Shown here: one piece after another, positions 50,733-61,908 of the stretch
Numbering within the stretch: the stretch's first letter is position 1
Layout of the letters: every line of letters starts with the position of its first letter
Assembly (NCBI GenBank): GCA_026026165.1
Contig: JAPEUD010000047.1
Span: 124,001-188,000, forward strand
From: Sarea resinae
Taxonomy: Eukaryota
Direction of reading: 5' to 3'
DNA: 64,000 bases
The notes under the pieces: model-generated
The model's input: only the letters and a program-made list of their open reading frames with translations
Told to the model about the DNA's origin: nothing
Databases searched by the model: none
Made by a program: the position numbers and the translations under genes

Positions 50733-52232
50733 CTAATTCGCCTCCTTTAATACCTCTAATACTTCTACCACTGCCTAAGTCTTTCTATTAACATAGAAAG
50801 TCTTAATATCACGAGTTAATTAAGCACTAAGGCTAATAGGAAGCTCTATAAAAGACTAATGCTAATAAGTAAGCTTCTTTATACCTTCTAGATTAAACTC
50901 CTCCTTTATAAGCTATGCCTTTACTATCTTAAGCTGCCTGATATTAACTTTCCTAGACTTCTTAAACCACTTAATATACTTCTCTACTAACGCTGTTGCA
51001 TCTATATTGCTATAAACAGGACTGCTAGGTATAGGAAGTAGTAGAGGTGTCTTTATTCGCTCCCCTTACTAGTAAAGAGAAATAAGAAGAGGTTAAGAAG
51101 GTGTATAAGGTGCTTATTACTAAGGCAACACAGGATATAGCTGCTGCAGCAGCAGCAGCAAGGGTATAGGATGCGAATATAAATGTAGAGAAAGGTATTA
51201 AAACAGCAAAGAGTATGCTTGCTAATAATATAGAGATAGTAGAGGCAGAGGATAGCTATATTAGAGAGGATATAGATGTTAATATAGTAGAGGAGGCTGT
51301 AGAATTGCTAGTGCAATTGCTGCAGTAGGTATAGGAGGAGGTATAGCAGAAGGAGGTATAGGAAGAGGCATAGGAAGTGTCTGCTATACCTCTATAGATT
51401 TTATGCCTTTACTACCTCTTTTAAGAGTCCTTAGCATAGGATTTAATAACAGCAGAGGGTAATAGATCGTTGTCTTTCCTAGTAAGATCTCTTAGTTCTA
51501 GGCAACTAGATCCTAGTAGTTTAATACAGCATGCTTATCTCTTATAACCTAGCAGGTCTTGTTATAGTTAGGACAGACCTTTAACATGCATCTATAGAGT
51601 GCTATTATTGCTGCTAACTTGCTACCTAACTTAGACAACACCTTAATCCTCCTAACTACCTCCTCTTACTATACCTCTTAAACAGTAGTTTTGCTCTTCT
51701 TTCTTATTAGTTTATTAGCTTCTTTATTAGAAAGCAAGGCCTCTATATTATACTAAGGAGACTAAGGAGGTCTAGAAGCCTTAGGAATAGCTGTATATTG
51801 TAGCACTATATCTACGTTAATATTAGGTGCCTTGTAAGCAGTCTATTCCTATATAATATCCTCTATATTATCCTAATTGTTAGGTCTATCCTCTAAGAGT
51901 ACTATCACTGCAGCTAGCTTCTTTAAATCATATAATATAAGGTAAGAAGCTCTCTTCCTAGTAGGATTAACAGCCTAACTGCTGATTTTATATATCCTAC
52001 AAGCGTTAAAGTTATAAAAGTTAAACCTCTTTACCTAGAAGTTGTAGTAGCTAGCAATATAGTAGACTACCTAATTATTAAGTATGACTTTGCCTTTTAT
52101 TATAAATTTAGCCTAAGGAGTAGAAGGCTAAGAAGGCACCTCTTAACTAGTAGAGAGGTCTATAACTAACTTAATAGGTTTAAAGGTTGTAGCACAAGGT
52201 GTTTTTGCAGTATGCTTCTGTTTTAGCGCTAT
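50733..52232 (-). pseudogene. RIP-mutated second (cargo/accessory) gene of the transposon, 499 codons, with C-x4-C-x6-C-x6-H motif
   Basis: The putative start ATA GCG CTA AAA CAG AAG CAT reverts to MAPKRKR at 52232. It is in frame with the Cys/His motif at 51590-51531 and the terminal TAG at 50733-35. The intervening stops read are RIP-type TAA/TAG. Confidence 0.75.
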
Positions 52233-52331
52233 AGCACATAAAAGGTGTGCTTTTTGTCTTAGCAATCGCGATATACACAGGTATAGCATATATAATTGAT
52301 ATTAAGGCAATTCAGACGATTATTATAGATA

Positions 52332-52459
52332 ATATGACGCGTTGTTAATGGCTAGCAGGCAGGCAGGCCTAGTGGTAGGCATACTAGGCAAAAAATCGGC
52401 TGTCAAAAAGTAGGCGATTTTCGCTAGAATCTGAGGGTCAAGAATTTTGCAAACGCAGG
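52332..52459 (-). repeat. Right terminal inverted repeat (128 bp)
   Basis: ATATGACGCGTTG…TTTTGCAAACGCAGG followed by TA. Confidence 0.95.
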
Positions 52460-52794
52460 TAACGTTACACGACTATTGCTTATCCGAGACGCATCCTGCC
52501 TGCACAGTACGAGGTATGCACGGCGCAGTAAGGCATGAAAAACGGTCCAGTATTCTGTACCACCGCGATCTACTATGTACAGATCCAGCCATGATGATCT
52601 AGGAGACTTGTAAATCTGCCACGGGGGGGATTTCCCTTGATTTTGGTCTATTTACTTTTCCACACTCTTGATGGGTATGGAGAGGCGCTATCCAACATCC
52701 ACAAATAATTGGAAGCCAGCTCGCTCTAGATTGCTTTAAGAGGGAGGCATGGAATAGACGGACAACATCATACAATCCGTCCGCTCACGTGCAA

Positions 52795-54845
52795 TCATTT
52801 TGATATCTCGTCGCCGAATATTTGCTTCAAAAGGGTCTTTTTGTTGACTTCGAGCCGGTCAGCATCGATATTGCCAGTTGAGGTTCTCGTGCTTACTTTT
52901 CCCCATCGCATTTCGCGGTATTGGACCTTCAATCACCTTCAGCTCTTGAGGGATCTTGTGATTGGCCAATCTATCCTTTAATGCGCGCCGCAGGTCCATC
53001 ATACCCCACTTCTTCCCACCTCTCCCGCTATTCGCTTCGCCAGGTTGCATCACTACGACAGCGGCCACCTTCTGGCCCCATGCCTCGGATGGGAGACCAA
53101 GGACAGCCGCTTCCGCAATCTGTGGCCTGAGGAGGATATTAGCAAGATGATTTGTGGTAACGTTGCTAGATTTTGCAACATACAAGGAGAGTAGCTCGCG
53201 CTCGACCTCCAAGGCGCTAATTTTCTCTCCACCACTTTTGATAATGTCAACACTCTTTCGGCCGCGTATAAAGTACATTGGTCCCTTTGCCCATTGTTGT
53301 GAGGATTCACCAGCCCCTTTAACTAGAGATCTTGCTGCAATATCCCCCGTCTTAAACCACTTTCCCCTTCCGTCCTCGCCTTCGACGAACTCCTCGGCTG
53401 TTGCCTTCGGATTGTTCCAATACTCTTGAAATATTGTTGGCCCGCGTAATTGGATCTCACCTTCCCTAAGCTTGCCATCCTTACCGACCTCTTCCCCATC
53501 CTTGATAATCTCGTGCGAGTCCGAATCTACCAATCGCGCTTCCACAAATGGCAGAGGCCAACCAACACTGCCATCTACCCGGTCATTGAAGCTAAGGCCG
53601 CAACTTAAGGCCATTCCAACTTCGGTCATGCCGTATCTTTCAAGGAGAACATTGCCGTCACTTAGCAATTCCCATGCAGCCTTCGTTGGAGTAGGTAGAG
53701 CCGCCGACCCGGACATGGTGAGTCGCATATGCGTAGGAGATATGCCCTTCTTAGCCGCTTCCTGTGTGGCAGGAGGGAGATCTTTGTGACCGGAAAGCAG
53801 ACGAGTGTAAATGGTTGGCACAGCAGTGAGGATATTAATTTTCTCTTTTTGCTTTGCGTTCTCTTCGCCTTCTGATAGGAAAGGTGCCGCTAATCGCTCC
53901 CACACGGCGGTAACATTAAAAGGGAACATGAATTCGATCGTTGAGCCGGCCATCAACGGCGCCATAATGGCGTTGACAGTACCGTGAATGTGATGGAGTG
54001 GTAAAAGGTGAAGGAGATGGTCTTTCGGATTGTAATCCCAAGCATTTTGGAGAGATCTCGACTGCGCTGTTACGACAGCCTGCGGGATCAGGACGCCTTT
54101 CTACAGTATCCATGGATCAGCCAGAGTTGAAACGTCGCCCAATGCCACAATATTCCTTACCGGTCGATTCGTGGTGCCCGAGGTATATAGCATTAACCCC
54201 CCAGTTGGTCGGCCATCATCTACTAGCTCAACAGATGAACTCGATGTACCGTCACCAAGCTTCTTCTCCACCTTTCCCACTATAGGCTCTTTCTCCAAAC
54301 CTTCTTTGACCACCTCATGCGCCTTGCTCCTGAACTTTTCGGATGATAGAAGCATGAAAGCCTCGCTGTTTTCCAGTATGTATCTGAGCTCGTTCGGTGG
54401 AAACTTGGAAGACATCGGCACCGCAATTGAATGGTTGCCTAAAATAGCAAGAAGTGTCACTACCGCATGTAGATAATCAGTCTAATGTAAGCTTATTTGT
54501 GGCTAAGATAAAGCGTGAGTGCGCACCCACGTAGTCATAGCTATTTTCCACGAGAAATGCGACCCTCTCTCCTTCAATGCTCTTGCGATTGGCAGAATGG
54601 AGCATTTTCTCCTTTGCTTCGGCCACATCATTGAGAAGCTCCGCATAAGTGAATCGACGGCCGGAGTTGGAATGTATGACCACTGTACTGGAGGGATCAT
54701 GTCGGGCAATCGCCTCAAACACGGGCAAACGAGGAAGCGTGGAAGACATGCGAAGGAATCGGAAGATGTTGCTCGTTCGTAGGGGAGCAGAGTGGACAAT
54801 TGAAGATCTAGCGAATATCCGCCGGCGGGCAAGGCGGGAAAACAT
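52795..54845 (-). CDS. AMP-binding acyl-CoA synthetase, ACSF3/malonyl-CoA synthetase-like, with probable mitochondrial presequence, multi-exon
   Basis: Motifs MLYTSGTTNRP/KG, LHLLPLHHIHG, SGSAALP, LERYGMTEVGM (ACSF3-like), WFKTGD, GRKSVDIIKSGGEKISALEVE and IPRNAMGK. Arg-rich N-terminus MFSRLARRRIFARSS, with a second in-frame ATG at 54749. Confidence 0.9.
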
Positions 54846-55393
54846 GATGAAGGAGGAGGGTCCAACCAAGGGCTAAATACGAGTGGACCTCCGGGCCCTG
54901 CATTCATGCTACCTGCCTGGGTAGATGGCTTTGTTGTGTTACCCTAGTGGAGGATGGGTATCATAGCCGCAGTAGTCGAGTAGTGATCGCTGTCATCATC
55001 AACATGACCTTCCAGTGGAATCGGTGGATGTTGCAGGCCAAAGTGCCCAAAAGAGACAAGTGGCATATCAATGCGCCGTTCTGGTCTCCTTTCGGTTTTG
55101 CGGGATTGCGGGCAAAAGGTACCAAATGTATGGGGATCTCATACTACAGATACCGTCGATCGTTCTCTAATGCTTGCCGCAAGCCACAGATGCCCCATGA
55201 ACGGGACCGAGGGACTTTTCGGCGGCGGTCCCTCGACAGAGACGACGAGATCTGTGGCGGTGACTGTGGCTGTCAAGGAACTTGCCTCGTAACATTGACC
55301 CTTCTTCAGCTACGTTTGGGACGATTGTGACCGACCTCGTGGCCTATTCAACTCGTTCGCCGCATTATACAATTGGGCGTGTTCGCGACGGTA

Positions 55394-55913
55394 ATGCTTC
55401 GAAGGGCCTTGATCAGCAAAGGGTGGCGGTCAATGTCGACGATGGCTTCTCAGTCAGTGACTCCCGTGGAGGACGCCGTTCGGGCCAAGGTACGCGCTGC
55501 TGTCATTGACCGCAATCCACCGCATGAAACTGAAAGGACTGGCTAGATCATCGAAGCTATGCACCCTACAACTCTGGAGATCTACAATGACTCCCACATG
55601 CACGCACATCATAAAGCCATGGAAGGCAGCACTTCCAAGGAAACCCATTTCAGGTACCAGACTCCCGATATCGAGCTGAAGACAGTCTTCCTGACAATAT
55701 CTCAGGATGGTGATTACGTCTGATGTTTTCAAGTCGAAGATGCAACCAGCAAGACATCGAATGGTCTACGCGCTGCTTAAGGATGAAATGGACAGAGCGG
55801 GAGGGATCCATGCCCTGCAGTTACGGACAAGGACGCCCGAAGAGGAGGAAAGGCAGCTTGCTCGGGAGCGGGAAGAAAGAGGAGAACCCATTACCGAGAT
55901 TGAGAAGAGTTGA
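55394..55913 (+). CDS. BolA-family protein (Bol1/Uvi31-like) with probable mitochondrial presequence, 3 exons
   Basis: Spliced reading: MLRRALISKGWRSMSTMASQSVTPVEDAVRAK/IIEAMHPTTLEIYNDSHMHAHH…ETHFR/MVITSDVF…ARHRMVYALLKDEM…GIHALQLRTRTPEE. Confidence 0.9.
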
Positions 55914-56558
55914 GGGTCTGATTGGGAGCGTAGACATGGACACGGATGTCGAAGACAGACAACTCCACCAAAGTCCCGGCTGGCTGATGCCTAAAGAACA
56001 AACAGCAGAGGCAACCCCGCGAAGAAGCTCTTGGACAGCCGGGCGTTGCGGAGATCGATGTCCTGGACTTTTGGCTTCTACATAGGACGGTGTGAAACAC
56101 GCAGTGTCGAGAACGGAGGCACGGCTTATACGGGCGCAGTCAGTTGAGTCTGGAGTGCCATCAATCGAGGCACGCTCTCGGTTGCCGCCGAGTGACATTG
56201 TTGCCGCACCAAAGGAGGGTCGCAATAGAATACTCCTGACGTCAAATGGAATCTGAAATCTGTGTCTTTGAAGTATTAGATCGTATCCTTGTGCTGATCA
56301 AACCAACATGTAGAATTGAATGCTATCGTCGCATTTCCAGTAGTACTGCGGTAGGTAATCCGCTTCGGCCAGCATCGCGGGATTGCGCGAGGGTTTCCGA
56401 AATCCTAGCCCTCGCTTAACTTGGTCACACTAGCGCGCACACAATCAACCACCATTTCGAGATCTCGCGAAGCCGGCAACCACCAAAACGATCGCGACGA
56501 CCAGCAACCTCCAACGGCCTCAACACCAAAGGAAAACGCCCAGTCAACCAGCACAATC

Positions 56559-57525
56559 ATGGCCGACGCACCACGTGGAGGAGCAGGAGCAGCCCGAGGC
56601 GGATTCGGATCTCGTGGAGACCGCGGTGGTGACCGTGGGCGAGGCCGTGGCCGCCGTGGCCCTCGTCGCGGCGCCGGCAAGAACGAGGAGAAGGAATGGC
56701 AACCCGTCACCAAGCTCGGAAGACTGGTCAAGGCTGGCAAGATAAAGAGCATGGAGGAGATCTACCTTCACTCGCTCCCGATCAAGGAGTACCAGATTGT
56801 GGACTTCTTCCTGCCCAAGTTGAAGGATGAGGTTATGAAGGTAATGCCCTGTGATAGTCTCTTATGGCTGGCGTTGTTTCCACTCAAGATACGCTTCGGG
56901 AGCGGGCAATTGTTATTCGAATAAATTCTGATCCAACTACGACTCCTACAGATCAAGCCCGTCCAGAAGCAAACCCGTGCCGGTCAACGTACCCGTTTCA
57001 AGGCCATCGTGGTCATTGGAGACTCTGAGGGCCATGTCGGTCTCGGCATCAAGACCTCCAAGGAAGTCGCAACTGCCATTCGTGCCGCCATCATCATTGC
57101 CAAGCTCAGCGTTCTGCCGATCCGAAGAGGTTACTGGGGTACTTCCCTCGGTGACCCGCACTCTCTGCCCACCAAGGAGAGCGGCAAGTGTGGTTCCGTC
57201 ACCGTCAGAGTAAGTCGACAGAGTTCACGAACAGGTAGCTTTCAAAAGAGGCTAACCTGAAATCTAGCTCATCCCCGCTCCCCGAGGTACCGGCCTTGTC
57301 GCCTCGCCGGCCGTCAAGCGTCTCCTCCAACTTGCTGGTGTCCAAGACATCTACACCTCATCCTCCGGTTCGACCAAGACCCTCGAGAACACCCTCAAGG
57401 CCACCTTCGTCGCAGTCGGCAACACCTACGGTTTCCTTACTCCCAACCTGTGGAAGGAGACCAAGCTCATCCGGAGTCCGCTGGAGGAGTATGGTGATGT
57501 CTTGAGGGAAGGCAAGAGATACTAG
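56559..57525 (+). CDS. RPS2: 40S ribosomal protein S2 (uS5), 3 exons
   Basis: RGG-rich N-terminus, [30 protein letters not shown] and LIPAPRGTG. Introns 56841-56951 and ~57210-57268. Confidence 0.98.
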
Positions 57526-58560
57526 AGGGATGTTCATGAGGGATGGAGAGATAGGGGAGCAAATCATATGCGGCTACTGGCTTTTGCTTTCATGAGACTC
57601 AAATCTTTGTTCTGCACGTGCACACGGAGCTGGGCTTGTAGAGCATAGGGGCTGCTGCCTTGGGCAGCACTGAAAATTACAACCAATTCCAATTCAAAAT
57701 CGTGTCTGAATCCGTGATATATCTGTTTGGTTGTCCGATATGGACGAGGAAAACCGTTCCGACTGGTTTATACCACTTCAGAGTGGCATTCCATGTGCAG
57801 GGGCTGTTGCGAGTTTGCAACTCAAGCATTACGCCATTATATTACTTACCTTCTCATCACTTCAACACTACATGCCCTAGCTCCACCGCTTGCACGTATA
57901 CCCAAGTCATACCTTACAACAGCATCAACCGAACAGGCTAAGAACCCCATTCTCTATTCAGAAGTCCAAAACGCTCATTTTATTAAGTTTAACGAGAAGA
58001 CTATAAAGATGGCTTAAACCAAAAACAAAGAAGCAGGCATGGAAATATAATCAAGACTATAAGACAAACAAATGACCCCTTGAAATCAGCTTGGTCCATC
58101 TTCTGATTACTTGCCTATCCTCCTCTCGATTTACTCCGTACTCGCCGACACCTTTAACCCTCGAACTCTTTGAACTCTCTCAAACGCTTGTCACGTTTCG
58201 CCAATTCGTGGGCCACACAATCAAAATCAAACGGCCGCGCTCTTTTCTGCCTCCGTTCACTCCACCTCTTGCTCCTCTTCCTGTTCTGCATCCTCTACTC
58301 CACATTAACGGCCCTGGTTCATCTGCCTCGTTTCATGGAATTTGATCATGGGGGAGGAGGACTCGTATCCGGGGGTCATTTCCATAATCCTTCTCCAGCG
58401 CTCCTTTCGTTCTGCCAATACCGCTCTTACGAAATCTCGCTCCTCATCATTCTCCTCTTTTTCCTTTCCCTCTTCCTCCAAGGCTTCATCGATCTCAATC
58501 TCCTCCTGATCCACCCCGTGCGTTAAATTGAAAGCGGTCGGACCGATGGAGGGAGTACGT

Positions 58561-60717
58561 TCAGATGTCCCCTTGCGACGCCCTTTTTATCTGGTTCTTG
58601 AAGACAGGCGGAGCCGGCTTGAACAGGAGCTCAGACCATGGCTTTTGCGGCCGCGAATGCGACTGCGACGACGCCCCCCAAAACGGCGGTGCCGATGCTA
58701 ACGTTTCCTTGGCCTGTGCCTCAGCTTCAGTTGGAGGCTCGCTCACCAGCTCCGGAGCTCCCACAAGAAAGTGCTCCTCTGACAGGCGGCTGGGGCTCCA
58801 GTTTCGGGGCCAAGAAACAGTCCTTGACTCCGGCCCATTCCAGGGTCTCCACTGCACACCCTCCCTCGCCTTTCCCCTGCCCTCATTTTCGTAGTGAGAC
58901 GCAGAGCTAGAACCAGACGCATTTGGTAGAGCAAAGAGAGGCGGCAACGCCGTTGGAGGCGAGATGAACCGGACACGAGAGCGGGGTCTAAGTGAACCTG
59001 CTTCTAAGGGTTCCGAGTTTTGCTTATGGAGTGCTGAGCGGAGGTTCGAGGTCGGCATGGGTGAACTTCTAGGGCTCAAAGCTGCATCGAAGAGCGAGCG
59101 GGTGGCTATGGCCGAGGAGCCGAACGGTAGCGGGGGCGGTGGCAGCGAGCGCCCCTGGGAGGGCCGCTCCAAGAGAGACGTCGGATATTTCGGGCGTGCG
59201 TTTGTTCTAGGTGATAGAGGTACACTTTCTAGTGTATGGTTGAACCTTGGGCTTGTCGGGCTTTGGAGACTTTTGCTTCGGCGATATCTCTTCGCCGGTG
59301 GGGTCAACAGTGAAGGATCTAATAAACGCTTTGGCGATCTGGGTAGGGAATCAGACGCGCGAGTAATATAAATCATTGGCGCCCGTGCATTTGCTGAGGC
59401 ATCTAAGACGCTAGGGGCTGGTATGAGTGAGGCCGCGGATATTCTTTTCGAATGCGGTGCAGAGCGAATCTCCTCCGCGTCGTTCGACGAATTAGATGGC
59501 CGAAAATACGAAAGCACTCTCTCCGCTAGCGATGCTGCCGGTGATGATAAATACGACAAGAGTCCCCCGACCAGCGATCCTTCTGTGTGATCATCATTGA
59601 TAGTTGGGGCTGATGACGAAGAAGAAGGCCCGGCATCGAAAGATAGCCCCGTATCCATTTGCCTGGTCCCAAAAGAAGCCATACTTGAGGACCGTGTGGG
59701 GTGCGAATTTTTGGAGAACAGTCGTTGTCGGGCCAAGGAAAGGGTGGATTGCGCTTGTTCCGTGGTGCTCGGTGGGTTCATATTCTCTTGGTCTTTTGGA
59801 CCTGGAGGCATCTCCGGGATACCAGACACAGGGCCTGTTGCTCCTGCAGCACCAGCAGAGTAGGCCACGGGCCAGCGATCGACGGAAAAGAGCTTTCGGT
59901 CTTTCTCCGCCTGAGATTGTTCTGCTGCGAGTGCCCAAAGCTTGCCGTGATCCAGCCTGGGATCCAGCCTTTGATGACAAGCTTCAAGGTCATGTTTATT
60001 ACCTGGGGACGCAATATCCATCTGCGGCAGAAAAGATGGCGCAGAAACGAAAATGGAAGATTCAGAGGACTCTGGAAGCCCTTGCTCGGGATCACAATCA
60101 TGCAAAACATCAAGCACTTCAAGTGCAGCAGCTACAAATTGCTGCGTCGCAAAAATGGAGTCATCCTCCTTTTCTGCTTTTCCCCTAGTTTCTTCTAAAA
60201 CCATTTCTTCGTCTTCATCTGAATATAACACATCCAGCCAGCCGGTCTTGTTTTCTTGGCCAGCCGATTCGAAGGGACCGTCAAGAATATGCTCGGGGGT
60301 ATTCTTCCTATATTCATGAACCTTTACCATCGCATTCACTTCATCGTAGAGTCTCAAGTCGCATTCTATCCTCTCCTGACTAAGCTCTCGAAGAAAGTCA
60401 TCGATAGCTTTCAGTTGCTTAGCAAAGGCAATGTCGGTTTTCGTATCTTCGACACTGAGGTATTGACGAGCTTGCATCAATTGCTGATCCGGTTGTGAAT
60501 CGAGATCGCCATTCACTATAGAGGGTGCAATTTCTGTTTCATTTCTGTCGCTTGATCCATCCCTGTTCTTAAGAGTTCGGGGAGGAAATCTAATTTCATA
60601 ATTAGCCTTCTAAAACGCAACCCGGCAGTCACCTCTCGAAACGACGCAGTTGTGAGCGGAGCGGAGATCTTACAGGGTGAACGAGGAAAATCCTCTGAGT
60701 GACGAATTGGTATACAT
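58561..60717 (-). CDS. Hypothetical Ser/Pro-rich, largely disordered protein, ~690 aa, 2 exons
   Basis: ATG at 60717 (CAACAATG), a 44-nt exon and intron 60673-60590 (GTAAGA…CTAAT…TAG) join in frame to the 651-aa ORF. No recognisable domain. Confidence 0.6.
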
Positions 60718-61908
60718 TGTTGATGTTTATCAAAGTTTTATCGAGGGATTAGTTGAGCAATCATGCGATTTCTCAGCAGAATGTTCGAGACTGAGAACTT
60801 TTTGTGGAAGACCAGAAGAACACTGTATCTGGCACTCGGACATCTTTATGGAATGTCGAACAAGTTTTTGAAGTCGAAGAGGTTGCCGTCGGAGAAGACA
60901 AAGGGCGTTCAAGCGAGGGTTTCTTGGTCGCTGCTTGCGTCGAACACCAACAAAGTGCCTACCTTGTAATCTCATCATTTTCTTTGAAGATCATGCCTCT
61001 TACCATTGAGCGGACAATTCATCCAAATGACTTGCGATAGTGCACAAATAAAAATGCGCCGATCGTAAAGCAGTAATTCAAGCCCTCTCACACCAGAAAA
61101 GGACTCTGCAGTCTTGAGTAGCTTGAGAATAATATCTATTGTTATAGTCCGTCATACGAAGAAATTCAGCAGCGAATGCGGAGCCATTATTACGCCCACA
61201 TTTAAGAGAAAAGTTGAACCTGGAATCGACGCTAGGGCGCTTCAATAGAGCTATAGCGTTTATTTTTCCATTTCGACCCTGGCAGTCACAGACCCTGGTG
61301 GTCATTGGCCATAATGGTCACGACAATATGGGTATCATAGACCAAGTAGGGTTCGTCGAAGATTCAAGCAAATCCTGACTCAAGGTTGGCAACAGATCAG
61401 TTGAGTGAGGACTGCTGTTTGGCCCTGGCTGCCCGAATTAAGAAAGGGGCCCTATTGTCCTAGTGGTCGCCTATACCAATAACACAAATCGGCGAGCTAT
61501 TGGGGTCAGTGAGCCATAAGACAAATTGCCCCGTGATTCGGAGACATGCAAGGGCCTTCGTATGTGCGAATTCTGGTATAAAAAGTCAGAAAACAATTAG
61601 TGAATATCCGCGGCGGGTGAGGAAAGCGCTGTGAAGCAGTCACTTACCTATAATCTTAGTCCAGAACCTGGCTTTGCATGAAGATCCCTGTTTATTCATC
61701 AGCAAAAACCCTGAAGCTGCTTTCCTTCCAGCTATCTACCTTTCTTGTAGGTTCAGGTCGTCGAATTTCAGATTAACTAAAACGTTTCTCTTCAAGCGCC
61801 GAAGAACAAAGGCCCCTTCTTCATAACAATCTCCTGTACCCCCTCTTTAAACTCCGACGAATCGATATCCTCAAATCTGTTCTAGAGAAGATCTTCTGAC
61901 TCATTGAC

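Larger units (their letters stand above)
49547..52459. mobile_element. RIP-inactivated Tc1/IS630-type (DD34E) DNA transposon, 2,913 bp, with two convergent genes
   Basis: 128-bp TIRs flanked by a TA duplication (49545-46 and 52460-61). Composition turns abruptly AT-rich with TpA excess. No ORF >=60 aa survives, but degenerate transposase motifs remain in frame. Confidence 0.95.

Noticed and set aside
56841..56951. Intronic box C/D snoRNA in RPS2 intron 1
   Set aside because: No good RUGAUGA C box, and the CTGA near the end is explained by the branch site.
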